Assembly: GCA_964556195.1 (NCBI GenBank)
Contig: CAZKVK010000003.1
Location: forward strand, 8,134 to 66,570
Direction: 5' to 3'
Origin: an uncultured Candidatus Poseidoniales archaeon
Lineage (GTDB): Archaea > Thermoplasmatota > Poseidoniia > Poseidoniales > Thalassarchaeaceae
DNA length: 58,437 bases
Part shown: one piece after another, positions 10,729 to 19,418 of the stretch
Layout of the letters: each line of letters starts with the position of its first letter
Numbering within the stretch: the first letter of the stretch is position 1
The notes under the pieces: generated by a model
Told to the model about the DNA's origin: nothing
The model's input: the letters and a program-made list of their open reading frames with translations, nothing else
Databases searched by the model: none
Translations under genes and position numbers: made by a program

Positions 10729-11646
10729 TCAATTTCTATTGGCGATATGTGCGGCAAGAATTTTTGTTGCGATTAGTGCAGCATTGAATTGAGTTAATCG
10801 ATCTTCACCAGGTGAAATCTCATTGACATCGGCTCCGATGATTTCAGCTTCGCTGGCAAATAATCCTTCGATGATTTCCACGGCACCCCAATGAGTCAGT
10901 CCCCCTGGAACAGGGGTGCCTGTGTCCGGAACCAATGAACCATCTAGACCATCGATATCAAACGTCAACCAAACAGGTCCAGTTAACTGACTAATTCGCT
11001 CGATAAGAGAATTCCAACCTGTCTTTCCAGCAGTTGGACTGAATAGTTCTTGAGCATAGAATGTCTCTATTCTATTTTCAACATCCGCAAACTTCGCTTC
11101 ATCGATTGAATAAGCGCGTATCCCGATTTGCAAAAGGCCTCCAATACCACAATCCAAAGCGCGTCTTGCGGCAGTGCCATGACTGAATCGCTCCCCATTC
11201 AATGATTCTCGCAGGTCGGCATGAGCGTCGACCTGAACAACTGTCAATTTTGAAAGGTCACCAGCGATAGTCGGGTGATTCTGTAAAGCCTCAACTAAAG
11301 GTGGTAGAAGCCCGTGCTCTCCACCTAGAACGATAGGAAATTGGTCTGCGTTAAACCAAGGATGTAGATAGTCTCGAATAGAATCTAATTGTTGTCTAAG
11401 AGTTCCAGCCTCAGAATTCCAAGCAGTGGCTGTGTGAAACGCAAGTCCGCAAGGCAACTCCTCTTCGAGCAAAGAATCGTACAATTCGACCTGCGAACTA
11501 ACCTCGATTGCGGCCGCAGGCCCGTGTTCTGTTCCCTCTCCCCAGCTTGTTGTCATCTCAAATGGAATGGGGAGTATTACCACATCCCAGGGTCCTTCTT
11601 CAGTCTCAGAGAGTCCGAGGAAGGTAGGGCTAGCCTCGCCGTCCAT
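10729..11646 (-). CDS. speB: Agmatinase / ureohydrolase family
   Basis: GGEH, DAHADL, SHGT, FDIDGLD and TGTPVPGG Mn-binding motifs. Confidence 0.88.
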   Translation of the reverse strand: MDGEASPTFLGLSETEEGPWDVVILPIPFEMTTSWGEGTEHGPAAAIEVSSQVELYDSLLEEELPCGLAFHTATAWNSEAGTLRQQLDSIRDYLHPWFNADQFPIVLGGEHGLLPPLVEALQNHPTIAGDLSKLTVVQVDAHADLRESLNGERFSHGTAARRALDCGIGGLLQIGIRAYSIDEAKFADVENRIETFYAQELFSPTAGKTGWNSLIERISQLTGPVWLTFDIDGLDGSLVPDTGTPVPGGLTHWGAVEIIEGLFASEAEIIGADVNEISPGEDRLTQFNAALIATKILAAHIANRN

Positions 11647-11767
11647 GGGTTGTGCCGAGTCGCTATTCGATTAACCACTTCGGGTCGAATCCGAAGGATT
11701 CGTGGACTCGATGTGCGATTGTTGATAAAGAGCGGGCTTCCATATTCTACCACAGGAGGGGGATGCG

Positions 11768-12190
11768 ATGGGTATGACGCTAGCAGAGTTGACTCAAGCT
11801 ATTCGCCGTAAAGTCGATTCGGAAATGGAAGTAATCGTTGCCGAGTCGATTGCCGAGCACGCACTCGGTTTTTTCGGTTTCTCAAATCGCATTATCGACA
11901 ATGCTCTCGAACCCACGGATCGTAACCTCTTCTATCAATTGCAGGATTACGACTTGCTTACCACAGAATCGGAGGAAACCACTCTCTGGGATGGTAGAGA
12001 GTGGAGAATTCACTATTGGAAATTCAAGCCAGAAGCTCGTGACTTCGCCCGAAGAGCCATGACTGAGGCGGCAAATAAAGAGGATGAAGACCCATATGCT
12101 GGAATCTACGATGATGTTCCAACATCTCTCTGGCGCGAAAGAATGACCGACGAAGATGAAGAAGACGACTGGGAAGAGCCTCTATTCTAA
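11768..12190 (+). CDS. Conserved Thermoplasmatota hypothetical protein (DUF6015-like)
   Basis: FFGFSNRIIDNALEP...EETTLWDGREWRIHYW pattern, which I recall from DUF6015 proteins; acidic tail. Confidence 0.65.
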   Translation: MGMTLAELTQAIRRKVDSEMEVIVAESIAEHALGFFGFSNRIIDNALEPTDRNLFYQLQDYDLLTTESEETTLWDGREWRIHYWKFKPEARDFARRAMTEAANKEDEDPYAGIYDDVPTSLWRERMTDEDEEDDWEEPLF

Positions 12191-12249
12191 CCCCGATTGT
12201 CCAGTCATGACGGGCAAGTCTTCAAACAATATCACGCAGGGGTACAAAT

Positions 12250-15200
12250 GTGCACAACCGATTCCAGACTGCCGTGCTCCTTACGCTAATGCTCGTCGCA
12301 CCGTTGACTGGAATTGCTGGGGCAGACGAAGTTGAACCTGCTCCAACCTGTGAAATCCTAGTCGATTGGAACTATGATTGGGCTCTAGATGAAAACGGAA
12401 CATGGCAAGAAATGGTAATTCATCGCTACAGAACTACCTTTGAGCCTGCGTTTCAAAACGGCACTTCTCCTAGTGGAGTAACCATTGATGTTCAGCACAT
12501 CAGAGATGGGCAAGTCATCGCTACAGAGGCCCAAGCATCCTATGTTGTAGCGGGTGGAGAAATTGATGTTGTGTTGCCAGATGAGCCGGAATTCCTCGAT
12601 GAGGTATTTGTCCAAGTCAGTTCGACAGAAGCCACCTGCTCACGCTCAATGGATATGACAATCTGGAACCAACCATCTGCTGACCACGAAATCACTCGTG
12701 AAACCACTTGGGAGTTACAGAATGACGCAGAGGGTGGTTCAAGCCTATATTTCGAAGGGCGAGGTTGGCAGAAGCGAACCGGTGAAATTTTGAGTTCTAG
12801 TGAATTAGGAAATGGATCCTTAGTTCTCGATTTGGACACCGGTACCGACCAGATGTATTTGACTCTTGATTTGCATAACGTATGGATGAATGAGACATAC
12901 GATGGAACTGAGATTTCACGTCAAATTTTCGAGATGCGTGGCTCAGGTAGCCTAGAATTCGTAAGTGATTCAGAAGACTCTCTAATCGATGTAGAGGCCA
13001 ATGTGTACCAAGCGTACATACTCAGAGATTGGGAAGATGGATTACTTACGGAACGACTAACTTTGGAAGCAACCGGATCTATCTCATACAACGGGGGTTC
13101 AAACAATAGTACTCAAGGCGGCTACGGAGAATTGTCAGTATTCTACATTGAAACGTGGGATGAAGATGGAATTCGTCGTCTATCTGATACACAAATTGAG
13201 GCCAACCTAAGCATTCGCCTCCAAACCCAAGACGAAGCATTTTCCTTCGAATTGGATGAATTCCGAACTAGGGAAAAGTGGCTTGACGGAGTTCGTGAGG
13301 AACAATTGTTGAAAATCAAAGGTTCTGGAGATTTTGGTTTCCTTATCCAAGATAGTCAATTCCAAGTTCAAGTTAATGGAACAGTTCCAGACATCCACTA
13401 CGAGGTACTTGGTGGCGAGGTTGTTCAGGATCGCATAATTGTCGATGGTCAATATTCTGGGGATGCTAGTGGTTCATTCGGTTATGTTCGCCAAATAGAA
13501 AAATCCCTAATTCAAGCAAATGCTACCGGAGAAGAATTCGAAGTTGATGTTATAGAAAATGAATTATGGTTTAATATCTCAGGAACTCCAATAGGACCGA
13601 TAGGACAAGAAATTGAGGCAGAACACAATCTGACCTACGAATACACTGTTCCACAAACAGATTGGGCAAATCGAACAATTCGATACCTATATGTCGAGGA
13701 CAATGGCACTACAAGTAACGAATATCCAGAAAGTTCGCCGTTAATCTTGGAGCCAGAGAGACCCCAATATGACGGTGACATGAATATCACTGGTTTCAGA
13801 GAAACTGGTATAGTTCCTGACGAATATGTAATCGGTGATAATTTTCCGACTTCCCGTGATGGAAATGGACAGACGATAGAAATCATTGGTATTAGAATGG
13901 GTATGGCCGATGGCCATGAAGTCGAGTTGGCTGAGTGGCAGGATACTGAATCACTAGACAATTTCACTGCCTATGGAACGGTAATCAATGAGGGATTACT
14001 CGCTGGTATGCTTCACGAAGTGTACCGGATTATCGATATTGGTTTGCCGATAGGAGATGAAAATGACAACGAATCAGAAGTCGTCAGAGTGGTCGAACAT
14101 CAGACTCTTGAGAGGGTTCTGTATCCATCGGTAATTACCGCCGCAGAAAATACACCTCCTACATTACTTGGTCTTAGTTTTAGAGAAGGTGTCCTATTCA
14201 CCGAAGGCGGAATTGCTCACTTAGAAGCAGTGATCGAGGACGTCGACACTGACGTGGTTGGTGTGATGGTCGATTTGAGTGAATTTGGTCTAGGAATAAT
14301 CACCCTTTCAGACACCGGCCTAAACGGTGATGATATAATTCACGATTCGGTTTGGACAGCGAAGATAAATCACGATGGTTTAGAGTTTGGAAATTTATCT
14401 GTTCCAGTAAAGATGGATGATCTCTGGACGGATGTCCAAACAACTGCCTATGTTGAAATTTCAAATGCTGCGCCTCGAATCATCTCGCGCGTGTACACGC
14501 CTGACTTTGCATATCGCGGCGAAGTTATCTCTGCAAGCCTCAAGGTGCAAGATGGACATGGTGTGGAATCGGTAGTAATCGATTTACTGAGTGCAGGTGG
14601 AGAGCTAACCCCGCTAACCTTAGACTCCAACAATGATCGATGGGTAGGTCAATTTGTCCTACCGGATTCCCTAGCTCCTGGCTTGCGGACTATTCCAATT
14701 CAGGTCGCAGATTACCAAGGTGCCAGCGCCCTCATCGATGGTGGTGCGGTAGTTCAGGTCCTAAACGAAGCACCGGAAATTACCAACGTCTCATTCTTTG
14801 ATGAAGGAGAATGGGTTCCTCTAATCGAGATTCCCAAATCGGGTGAGAAAACATACACGATTGAAGTATCAATTAACGATCCAGACGGAGTTTCCTCCGC
14901 CCAAGCGAAAATTGGACGCCTTGCGCCGATTGGGAAATCGGAGGCATGGCTATTGTTGAAGGATGATGGCCAAGATGGTGACAGAGACGCAGGTGATGGC
15001 ATATTTTCGATGCGAATAGATGTCCGCTCTACTTTATCCGAAGGCGAGATGAATTTCCTTGTTCGAGCATCGGATATTTTCCAATCAATAACGCCAGCAG
15101 ATTCTCAGACATATACCGTTGAATTGGTTGATGAGAAATCTTCGGGTGGAGGTGGAGCAAATTGGATTGCGGAAAATTCCACTACTCTAGTTCTGATTGG

Positions 15201-15270
15201 ATTGCTAATGCTCCTTGCCTTAGGTGCTACCGCAATCGTTGTGACAATGCGAAATGCGGATTTTGAGTAA
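12250..15270 (+). CDS. Large secreted, membrane-anchored surface protein with choice-of-anchor-X-like motifs
   Basis: N-terminal signal peptide, acidic beta-rich body, two D-x-G-x-x-G-D motifs (DTGLNGD, DDGQDGD...GDGIFS), Ig-like N-x-A-P-x-I repeats and a C-terminal TM helix. Confidence 0.8.
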   Translation: MHNRFQTAVLLTLMLVAPLTGIAGADEVEPAPTCEILVDWNYDWALDENGTWQEMVIHRYRTTFEPAFQNGTSPSGVTIDVQHIRDGQVIATEAQASYVVAGGEIDVVLPDEPEFLDEVFVQVSSTEATCSRSMDMTIWNQPSADHEITRETTWELQNDAEGGSSLYFEGRGWQKRTGEILSSSELGNGSLVLDLDTGTDQMYLTLDLHNVWMNETYDGTEISRQIFEMRGSGSLEFVSDSEDSLIDVEANVYQAYILRDWEDGLLTERLTLEATGSISYNGGSNNSTQGGYGELSVFYIETWDEDGIRRLSDTQIEANLSIRLQTQDEAFSFELDEFRTREKWLDGVREEQLLKIKGSGDFGFLIQDSQFQVQVNGTVPDIHYEVLGGEVVQDRIIVDGQYSGDASGSFGYVRQIEKSLIQANATGEEFEVDVIENELWFNISGTPIGPIGQEIEAEHNLTYEYTVPQTDWANRTIRYLYVEDNGTTSNEYPESSPLILEPERPQYDGDMNITGFRETGIVPDEYVIGDNFPTSRDGNGQTIEIIGIRMGMADGHEVELAEWQDTESLDNFTAYGTVINEGLLAGMLHEVYRIIDIGLPIGDENDNESEVVRVVEHQTLERVLYPSVITAAENTPPTLLGLSFREGVLFTEGGIAHLEAVIEDVDTDVVGVMVDLSEFGLGIITLSDTGLNGDDIIHDSVWTAKINHDGLEFGNLSVPVKMDDLWTDVQTTAYVEISNAAPRIISRVYTPDFAYRGEVISASLKVQDGHGVESVVIDLLSAGGELTPLTLDSNNDRWVGQFVLPDSLAPGLRTIPIQVADYQGASALIDGGAVVQVLNEAPEITNVSFFDEGEWVPLIEIPKSGEKTYTIEVSINDPDGVSSAQAKIGRLAPIGKSEAWLLLKDDGQDGDRDAGDGIFSMRIDVRSTLSEGEMNFLVRASDIFQSITPADSQTYTVELVDEKSSGGGGANWIAENSTTLVLIGLLMLLALGATAIVVTMRNADFE

Positions 15271-15280
15271 GTAACATGAC

Positions 15281-17674
15281 GTGAGAACCTCCTTATCTCA
15301 CCCCCCACTCTCCCCTGATGTGAATAGGGTATCAGCTACAATACTCGCTGCCATCGCGTTATCTGCATTGGCGTCTCCAATAATTACAGCTTCAGATGAT
15401 TCTTCGACTGTCTCGCCTCGTTCGATTACAGTTGACTTGGATTTCACCCCAATGGATGGGGATTATGTCAAACTCGATGGGCAGCAATTTTCTGTTTACT
15501 TCAAAGAGTATATTGAGAGTGATTCATTTTGGGACAGAGTGGTAATTCACTCTGTAAGAAGCGATATGGGTTATTGGACTCAAGCGGATGAGTCCTGCTC
15601 AATAGGTACCTTCACCGGACAGTGTAATGTTAGGGATACTCGTCAAGGAATGCATTTCACAGCTTACAATGATGTCTATGGTATCTCAATCGAGAGCGAT
15701 TGGACCTATGACGGAACAACATATTCGGCAATTGGAGATGATTGGTATGAAAGCGATTCTATTTACTTCGAAGATTATTACATCGATTACGGAACATGGG
15801 CTGATGATGAAGCTGGAAGATATTGGGAAAATATTACCACAGAGGTTTCTGAGAGTAGTACACCCTCTTCAATGACTGTTGGTACAACATTCACAATTAG
15901 TTCCGAAAATTGGGAAGATTGGTCCTGGGTCGACCTTAGCGATAATGGAAGTCGAACCGAGGATTCTGGTTCAGAATATTGGATGGAGGACACTTCCTTC
16001 GAAGGTATGCAAGAATTGTCGATAGAGTTCGAAGGATACAACGAGGCAGACTCATCAGGTTCCTCACCAACCACGCTATCTGTATTACAGGTTGAGGTTA
16101 GAAACGTCTCGGATGGTGGAGATCTTGTCGATTTGCTATTATTTACCGAGTGGGGAGGTCTTGCAGGATTCTATTACGACGCTGAAAACGCCACAGATTT
16201 GGTTCCAATGACAATGTGGAATAACCAAGCCGGTGGCTTCCCAGACGCGGATGGAGACGGCTGTCCCGATGAAGAGGATGCATTCCCTGACGATGCTTCT
16301 GAATGCAGCGATTTCGACTCCGATGGAATAGGTGATAACGCAGACCCAGATGACGATAATGACGGCTGGGACGACCTGGACGAATCCCAATGTGGAACTG
16401 ACCAATTCGATTCTAGTTCATACCCTTCAGACATAGATTCCGACGGATTATGTAACGGTTTAGACCCAGATGACGATAATGACGGTTTCAATGATCCAAT
16501 CGATGACTTCCCAGAAGATCCAAATGAGTGGAGTGATAACGATAATGACGACATCGGAGACAATGCAGACTTGGACGATGACAATGATGGATTTTCTGAC
16601 ATTAATGAGCAAGATTGTGGGTCTGACCCAATGAGTGTATTCTCCCAACCACTGGATACAGATGCCGATGGAGAATGTGATGAATTGGACTCTGATGATG
16701 ATAATGATGGTTGGGAAGATGACCGTGATAGTTTCCCGAAGGACCCAACGGAGTGGTTAGATACCGATTCGGATAGTATTGGCAATAACGCAGACCCAGA
16801 TGACGATAATGACGGCTGGATTGACACAAAAGAGTTAGAGTGTGGAACCGGTCCATTAGATGCACTAAGTTACCCCCAAGATTTCGATGGAGACTCACTT
16901 TGTGATGCCGTAGATACTGACGACGATGGAGACAAATGGTCAGATAGCGTGGACGTATTCCCTCTTGATCCATCAGAATGGTTCGATACCGATGGTGACG
17001 GAATTGGAAACAATGCTGATACCGATGATGATGGAGATGGTTGGTCGGACGTGGCTGAGGAAACCTGCGATGGAGACAAGGACGATTCTTCGATTGAACC
17101 AACCGATTCTGATGGGGACGGGCTCTGCGATGGTATGGATCCGGATAGGGATGGAGACGGCACTATCAACGACGATGACGCATTCCCTGATGATCCAGAT
17201 GAGTATCTAGATTCAGATGGTGATGGGATTGGAAACAACGCCGATTTAGACGATGATGGAGATGGTTTGTCAGATCTCAATGAAATTGCAGCCGGTACCG
17301 ACCCCCTGGACAGTGATACCGATTCAGACGGTTGGAATGATGGATTTGATGACTTCCCACTGAATACTGCCGAGTGGAAGGACACAGATGGTGATGGAGT
17401 AGGTGATAATTCAGATGCTTACCCGAATTTTTCTCTTTGGCAGTCCACCGGTGATATGATTTTGAGTGCATTAGTTGTAATATTATTCATTGGGTTAATT
17501 GCAGGCGGAGCGATATTTCTGACCATTTCCAGAAAGAAACCAGAGGCTCAACAATTTGCACAGGATCATTCACATCACGTAAGCCCACCAAGTCCAATTG
17601 CAATGTTTACTGATGAAGAGTTACGAGAAGCCGGTTGGAGCGAGCAACAAATCGCCGAACAACGTGGCAGATGA
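15281..17674 (+). CDS. Thrombospondin type-3 (Ca-binding) repeat surface protein
   Basis: Many DxDxDGxxD/DDDNDG repeats with interspersed Cys; signal-like N-terminus and C-terminal TM helix. Confidence 0.88.
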   Translation: MRTSLSHPPLSPDVNRVSATILAAIALSALASPIITASDDSSTVSPRSITVDLDFTPMDGDYVKLDGQQFSVYFKEYIESDSFWDRVVIHSVRSDMGYWTQADESCSIGTFTGQCNVRDTRQGMHFTAYNDVYGISIESDWTYDGTTYSAIGDDWYESDSIYFEDYYIDYGTWADDEAGRYWENITTEVSESSTPSSMTVGTTFTISSENWEDWSWVDLSDNGSRTEDSGSEYWMEDTSFEGMQELSIEFEGYNEADSSGSSPTTLSVLQVEVRNVSDGGDLVDLLLFTEWGGLAGFYYDAENATDLVPMTMWNNQAGGFPDADGDGCPDEEDAFPDDASECSDFDSDGIGDNADPDDDNDGWDDLDESQCGTDQFDSSSYPSDIDSDGLCNGLDPDDDNDGFNDPIDDFPEDPNEWSDNDNDDIGDNADLDDDNDGFSDINEQDCGSDPMSVFSQPLDTDADGECDELDSDDDNDGWEDDRDSFPKDPTEWLDTDSDSIGNNADPDDDNDGWIDTKELECGTGPLDALSYPQDFDGDSLCDAVDTDDDGDKWSDSVDVFPLDPSEWFDTDGDGIGNNADTDDDGDGWSDVAEETCDGDKDDSSIEPTDSDGDGLCDGMDPDRDGDGTINDDDAFPDDPDEYLDSDGDGIGNNADLDDDGDGLSDLNEIAAGTDPLDSDTDSDGWNDGFDDFPLNTAEWKDTDGDGVGDNSDAYPNFSLWQSTGDMILSALVVILFIGLIAGGAIFLTISRKKPEAQQFAQDHSHHVSPPSPIAMFTDEELREAGWSEQQIAEQRGR
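16335..16819 (+). repeat. Intragenic direct repeats: identical 35-mer at 16335-16369 and 16785-16819, with a 24-nt core also at 16462-16485
   Basis: ATAACGCAGACCCAGATGACGATAATGACGGCTGG read directly twice, 450 nt apart and in frame. Confidence 0.9.
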
Positions 17675-17686
17675 AGCGGTAGATTT

Positions 17687-17761
17687 TGGTACGAGTGCCG
17701 GGATTTGAACCCGGGTTCAGGCGTTGGCAACGCCCGGTGATAACCACTACACTACACTCGT
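17687..17761 (-). tRNA. tRNA-Gly(GCC), CCA encoded
   Basis: Reverse complement ACGAGTG-TA-GTGTAGTGGTTATCAC-C-GGGCG-TTGCCAA-CGCCT-GAAC-CCGGG-TTCAAAT-CCCGG-CACTCGT-A-CCA folds as a cloverleaf. Confidence 0.95.
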
Positions 17762-17805
17762 GCGAAATTCGGGAAACAAGAATCACTTTTCTAAGCGTCG
17801 GTGGT

Positions 17806-18168
17806 CTAAGCAGAGAGCCTCTGTAGGTTCTCAATGATGGTATCTCGTGTACTTCGATATACATCGATTGGTAATCCAACTGGGTCTTCGAGTCCCCAAT
17901 CCTCTGCAATAGGTAGCATTGGGCATTCAACTCCACAGCCCATGCTGATTATCAGATCCCAGCCTTCAGTTTCTACATCGTCAACAGATTTTGGTCTGAG
18001 GCCAGCTGTGCTAATTCCTATTTCCTCTAGTACGGTTAGTGAGTTTGCAGCCACAGTGGTCCCCGGGTGTGTTCCTGCGGAAGCTGCCTCATAGCCATAG
18101 TGTCGAGCCAGTGCTTCTGCCATTTGGCTTCGACAGGTATTCCCCACACAGACAAAGAGGAGTCGCAT
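17806..18168 (-). CDS. Low-molecular-weight protein-tyrosine phosphatase / thioredoxin-type arsenate reductase family
   Basis: CVGNTCRSQMAE P-loop (CX5R), ISMGCG...CP and WGLEDP motifs. Confidence 0.88.
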   Translation of the reverse strand: MRLLFVCVGNTCRSQMAEALARHYGYEAASAGTHPGTTVAANSLTVLEEIGISTAGLRPKSVDDVETEGWDLIISMGCGVECPMLPIAEDWGLEDPVGLPIDVYRSTRDTIIENLQRLSA

Positions 18169-18302
18169 ATACGGCGTTGAATAGTCGACCTACTTGAAGG
18201 AAACACCAATAGAATACAGCCCAAAGGGCTGTTCTTTGTCCTAAGATTGTATTATTTTCACCACGTAGGCTTGAAGTAGACCTCACCTCGCCCTTCGAAT
18301 CA

Positions 18303-19334
18303 ATGGCAGATTCGCCTATCTCTCACCATCCCGGCGGTGGCCTCCCAATGGCCGATTCACCAGACACATCAGAGGACGCATCGGCCTCTCCCGAACAGAA
18401 GGCGCAAATGGAGCAAGCTTACGCACAGATGCGGCGAAAGATGCGAATGACTCAGTTAGATGAACAGATCAAACACAAGATCATGGTTCTGTCTGGTAAG
18501 GGTGGAGTAGGCAAATCAACAGTGTCGGTTGGACTAGCTCTTTCCCTTGCTCGACAAGGGAAGAAGGTTGGTCTGATGGATATCGACATTACCGGCCCTA
18601 ATGTGCCAAAGATGCTCGGTATCGAGGATGCTGACTTACACGTAGAAGACGGTCAAATTTTCCCAGCGGTTGGGCCCCATGGATTGAAGGTAATTTCGAT
18701 GGCTTTCCTAATAGAAGACCCCGATAAGCCTGTGATTTGGCGCGGCCCAATCAAACTAGGAGCGATTCAACAATTCATCGGAGACGTTGCATGGGGGGAA
18801 CTGGACGCCCTCATCATCGACTTCCCACCAGGAACCAGTGATGAACCACTAACAGTCTCACAGAGTCTTCCTGGAATTGATGGAGTAGTAATCGTAACAA
18901 CCCCTCAAGACGTTGCTTTGCTCGATTCTCGTAAGTCGATTAATTTCGCCAAGACCATTTCTTTACCGTGTTTAGGAGTTGTCGAAAACATGAGTGGTTA
19001 TACCATCCGCGGGAAGGCGGAATCCAACTCAGAAATCAGTGTAATGGGACCAACTGGAACACCGATTGAAACCATCACTGATGAGAATGGAGATTGGTCC
19101 GTTACGCTAGACGTCTTCAAGTCGGGTGGAGGAGAGGCGGCAGCTATCGAACTCGAAGTTCCATTCCTTGGAGCTCTCCCATTCGATCCAGGTATAGTCA
19201 GGGGCGGTGACGATGGTGTTCACCGTATTATCGCTGAACCCGATGGTGCTACTGCCGCAGCCTTCGACGCGGTGGTGGAGAATGTCTTGGTCGAGTTAGA
19301 AGGCAGTAGTGGCCCAACCGTCCGAATCTCTTAG
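18303..19334 (+). CDS. mrp: Mrp/ApbC/Nbp35 family P-loop ATPase (atypical, lacks CxxC)
   Basis: SGKGGVGKST, DIDITGP, WRGP, DFPPGTSD, VTTPQ and VVENMS motifs; the start could be the second Met at 18348. Confidence 0.9.
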   Translation: MADSPISHHPGGGLPMADSPDTSEDASASPEQKAQMEQAYAQMRRKMRMTQLDEQIKHKIMVLSGKGGVGKSTVSVGLALSLARQGKKVGLMDIDITGPNVPKMLGIEDADLHVEDGQIFPAVGPHGLKVISMAFLIEDPDKPVIWRGPIKLGAIQQFIGDVAWGELDALIIDFPPGTSDEPLTVSQSLPGIDGVVIVTTPQDVALLDSRKSINFAKTISLPCLGVVENMSGYTIRGKAESNSEISVMGPTGTPIETITDENGDWSVTLDVFKSGGGEAAAIELEVPFLGALPFDPGIVRGGDDGVHRIIAEPDGATAAAFDAVVENVLVELEGSSGPTVRIS

Positions 19335-19418
19335 ATTCGGACGAAACTAGTCCAATTTTATTGACAATTTTGTCGGGGGTGGATTCTTGACGCATTGGTT
19401 ACCCCGTGATTTGAGGGA

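Noticed and set aside
16174-17385. Long Ser-rich minus-strand ORFs (16174-16827 and 16870-17385)
   Set aside because: Antisense shadows of the Asp-rich TSP3 repeats (GAT/GAC codons read as Ser/Ile/Val on the other strand)
16250-17420. Regularly spaced repeats that might be a CRISPR array
   Set aside because: They are in-frame coding repeats with degenerate copies and no unique-spacer architecture; no cas genes in the window
12250-17761. Surface-protein genes as an island integrated at the tRNA-Gly(GCC) 3' end
   Set aside because: I saw no duplicated tRNA 3' fragment, integrase or clear compositional break
18303-18362. MADSP encoded twice at the start of mrp
   Set aside because: The nucleotide match is short and imperfect; it probably reflects start-site ambiguity or chance
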